A DNA stretch of 64,000 nucleotides, taken from positions 248,001 to 312,000 of the forward strand of contig MU004193.1 in NCBI GenBank assembly GCA_010093605.1, written 5' to 3'. The DNA is from Lophium mytilinum (taxonomy: Eukaryota). The notes under the pieces were generated by a model that was not told the DNA's origin, did not search any database, and saw only the letters and a program-made list of their open reading frames with translations. Of the stretch, positions 60,227 to 64,000 are shown one piece after another (position 1 is the first letter of the stretch; the number at the start of each line of letters is the position of its first letter). Both the position numbers and the translations under genes were made by a program.

Positions 60227-61015
60227 CTACATCGACACATCCTCCATCGCACCGGTAACTTCCGCAAGCTCCCATCTAGCTTGTATCCGTTGCTTCAGCA
60301 CCTCTATTCTACCTCTCTCTTTAGGAGAACATTCACGATGATCAGGTATAGCTCCCAAACAATCCACGATCTCTTCCAATCTAACTCGACCTTCTATGTC
60401 TTCTCCCATCTTCTCACCGGCTTCGTTGAACATGTATTCCAGGTATTCGAAGCAGTCGCCATGGTAACGATACTCATCGGGGTTGGCTAAGAATCTGCAC
60501 AGCGCGACGCAGGCATCTCCCACCTCTTCCAACCAGCCGTCACCTTCGTCATCGTCGGCATAGAGGTCGCATAGGATGACGATCAAGGCGAAACGAACGG
60601 TACGAGGTCCGCCTGACTCTAAGTTCTTCAAGAACTTGGCAACCGTTTGATAGATCTGACTCGTAAACGGGCCTTCGAGAGAATCATCCATGGCGATAAA
60701 CAGGTTGGCGTAGTCTTGGGCCAATTGCTTGTCAGCTTGGTGTGATGGGAAGCCTTCTTTGCCAGCATTGTTGAAAAGGCTGTGGCAGACGACTTCTGCG
60801 CTCGGCATCACTCTGGAATGTACATAGATCTCGCGGGCTAACAAATTGGCGTAGAACTTGACGGTCTCCTCAGAGGGTGAAGTCTTGGACCAAAGCTTAG
60901 AGACCAGCTTGAAGGTGTCTTTGAGACGGCTCTCTAGGGTGGTTATTGCACCACGCGTGGGCGGCGAGTATGATGGAATGAAACTTTGTGGTATGTAAGC
61001 GGTGCTGGTGACCAT
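60227..61015 (-). CDS. MIF4G-like helical protein, paralog 1 (intact, 262 aa)
   Basis: SLFNNAGKE..DYANLF..PF..VILCDLY..FEYLEYMFNEAGEKM..RGRIEVL..RW follows the MIF4G motif order. Confidence 0.8.
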   Translation of the reverse strand: MVTSTAYIPQSFIPSYSPPTRGAITTLESRLKDTFKLVSKLWSKTSPSEETVKFYANLLAREIYVHSRVMPSAEVVCHSLFNNAGKEGFPSHQADKQLAQDYANLFIAMDDSLEGPFTSQIYQTVAKFLKNLESGGPRTVRFALIVILCDLYADDDEGDGWLEEVGDACVALCRFLANPDEYRYHGDCFEYLEYMFNEAGEKMGEDIEGRVRLEEIVDCLGAIPDHRECSPKERGRIEVLKQRIQARWELAEVTGAMEDVSM

Positions 61016-61399
61016 CGTGAGCAGGAAGAAGAGGGTCGGGGTGTCGAATCGGAAAGAGAATGGAGGCGCTCATAACTTATATTAACGTAAGGTAAACTCA
61101 TGTCAACGGATTGCTTACATTCCGCTTGCTCGTACAGTTTCAGAAGTAATAGCAAACAAGCAGAGTGGATTTGTGTTTTCTTTGTATTGAACCAACTCCG
61201 ATTATTAGGTTTCACGTGATCGATTCTTTCGGACTCTCTGTCCCAGATTTTCAATTTGCTGCAGCACTGTCGAATATCGGTGGCCGACTTTGAAACCAGA
61301 TCAATAAGATACAGTATTCCCTTCTTCTCCCAGGAACACGAGTTATTAGAATAAGGAACTAGAAAAACATCAGCAGCATGGCGAAGAAATGTAACTTTA

Positions 61400-64000
61400 T
61401 GCTCTTTAACGTCGCCTCGTGGAACTAGTAATAAATGTTAAAAGGAATACTAAGTTAATTAATTAACCTAGGTAGAGGGGGAATAGGGCTATCTATATAT
61501 CTAACCCTAAGCCTAATTTCTCTTATATTAGAATACTAGTTAGCCTAAGCTAACTACTTCTAATACTTCTATATAATAATATAAGAGAATATAAAGATAT
61601 CTAGATATAGCTAAGAAGCTTCTATAGATAAGAAACCCTATTCTATATCTCTATCTACCTAGTAATTCCCTTTAATAGTACGGCGTACAGCTAGCTATAT
61701 TACTTCCTCTTATAATATATTTACCTTCTAATAGTATACCTTCTTCTCTATAGAAAGATCTATATTCTTATCTTTAGCCTCTTAAATAACTACTCCCTCT
61801 ACCTTATTTTAAGCCTTCTAATATATAGTTTAAAATTTATATCTAGGTTTAGATAGTATAAAGAAGATTATTCTAATAGAATTCTTTTTAACTTCTAGGT
61901 ACTTATAGTAATAGAAAAACTCTATATTCTTTATAGTCTAAAATATCTAGCAGGATTCTATAAAAGAGTTAGAAGAAATAGAGATAGAATTATTAGTATT
62001 ATTAAGTATATATCTATAAAAATAGATATAGAAAAAAACTAGAATAGAAGATTAATATTCTCTTCTCTTCTAAATCCTCTTAATCTTAGTATAGAGAATA
62101 TATATAGGCCTTACTATTTTCTTAGAAACTAGAGATATATATTTTTCTAAGCTAGAAGTAAAGGTCTAAGAAGAATTAACTAAGTAGAAGAAGATAGTCT
62201 AGGTTCTAATACTAATATATCTAGTATAGGGAGGGGAATCTAGATAATAAGAACTAGAAGAAGGTAGAGAAGGTAGAGAAGAACTAGAAGTAGGGGAAGA
62301 TATAGAAGTAGAAGAGGTAGTAGAAAAAGAGTAAAAAGAAGCTCTAAAAAGAAATAGAAAAGAAAAGAAAAAAAATAAAACTTTAGAAATAATAATAAAA
62401 GATAAATTAGATTAAACTAGAACTAGAGTAGAAACCTTATCTTTAGAACTAGATTTCTTAGAAAGTTCTTATACTTCCCTTCTTCTAAAAGTATTAGGTC
62501 TAGTTTTAATCTTAGAAGAATCTAAAGAAAGAGTAGCTTTCTAAGAAGATAGAGCTTTAGATAATCTAGAAGTATTATAAGATTTATATTATATCTATCT
62601 TCTATTACTATAGGCCTAGAGATAGTTAAGAAGACTCTAATTATAGTTAGAAGTAGGCTTATAATTAGGTAAAATATTAAAAGGGAAAGAAAGAGCTAGT
62701 GCTAGAGGAGTTAATATAGCTATAGTAAAAAAGGTAGAAATAATTAGTATAGCTAGAGAGTTATCTAGAAGGTCTAGAAGGCTATTAGAAATAGTAGGGC
62801 TTAGAGAAGTAGGTAATAGTAGCGGAAAATTATCTAAAGTAGGCTAAGAAGAGAAGTAAAGAAACTCTTAAGGAGTCTATATTAGAGAGCTTAGTAGTAC
62901 TAATATTTTAGTATACTTTTTATTAAGATTAGTTAAAGATTAAAAGAGTTATAATTTTTTAAAAGTTAGAAAAATTTAACTTAGTAGTTTTAGGTGCTAA
63001 ATTTAGATTCTAGTGCGACTTTAAGAATTTAGAGAAGTAGAAATTATTAAGTAGTAGAAGTTCTAATATACCTAGCACTTAGTTATTAATAGATAGTATC
63101 TTAGTATACTTAGTAGAAATTTTCTTAATAAAAATTTATATATAGAAAATATAATTCTAAGACTAATTTTTAGTAGCTTAGTATAAATTATATAGAGAAG
63201 TTAAATATTACTCTAATTAGGCTAAGAATTTAAACATGCATAGCTAGAGTATTAACTTTCCCCCTTATCTAGAGAGAAAGTTTATTTAAGTCCTAGAGCT
63301 TATCTAAAGAGTAAGAAATAGTTCTTTAAAAGTGCCTTTATAAGACTATTAGCTACCTATTAGTTAGTTAGAATAAATTTAAGGTCTATAGTATTATTAG
63401 CAACTTTTTTCTAAATATAGTAGTATTAGATAGTAATATATTTTAACCTAGAGTAGAACTATAGGTTCTTTACTAGTGTAATAGCTTCTTAGTTATTACT
63501 ATAGATAATAGTAGCTGCTAGAACTTCTTCTATAGCTAGTAATTTTTAGAGAAGAGAGCGTAGCTATATAGCTTTCTTAGTAGCTTAAGTTTCTTTTATA
63601 TATTCTACTTTATATAAAGAGAGAGTAATAACGGTTTACTATTTAGATAACTAACTAATAACTCTACTTCTAATACTAAAAATATATCTAGCTATAGACT
63701 AATATATAGCTTAATTACCGGCCTAATTAGAATTAGTATATTTAATAAGTAGCTAAAGTAGTCCCTTATATATAAGCTTAAGGTTAAGAGTCCCCCTTAG
63801 ATAGTATATAATATATTTTATAGCTTTAATATATACTATAGTAGGGTTTATAAGGTATTAGCTATATATAAATACTAAAAATATAATATTAGATTAAGTT
63901 CTAAGTATAGTATATATAAGAAAGCTAATTACTTTTATATACTAGAATTAATTAGCTTCTAATATAGTATAGCCGTCTTTAGCTAGGTCTATATTACCGG
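61400..64000. mobile_element. Heavily RIP-mutated AT-rich repeat/transposon relic, running off the window
   Basis: Very high TpA (TAG/CTA/TAA), almost no CpA/TpG, no ORFs in the track. Element class not identifiable by eye. Confidence 0.85.

Overview
Eukaryotic DNA from a filamentous ascomycete (GT-AG introns with CTRAC branch sites; TpA-rich RIP-type decay). Ordinary genes (PET191/COA5, an AB-hydrolase lipase, a DHA2-type MFS pump, a Clr5-domain protein, a GH78 alpha-L-rhamnosidase, an amino-acid permease) are interleaved with several lineage-specific tandem families in birth-and-death turnover. These are: three acidic disordered proteins with UIM/UBA-like motifs (11.9-16.3 kb), seven F-box/2EXR-like paralogs plus an F-box-ankyrin gene (16.9-30.0 kb), two atypical RING genes flanking a ~12-unit tandem array and a divergent kinase (44.1-49.3 kb), and five stand-alone MIF4G-like paralogs (55.7-61.0 kb) next to a heavily RIP-mutated AT-rich block (61.4-64 kb). 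Two small non-autonomous transposons each break a reconstructable gene: a 938-bp TRIM-type LTR element with an internal repeat/spacer array, and a 742-bp Mutator-like foldback element. Family assignments come from motifs recognised by eye, not from database searches.
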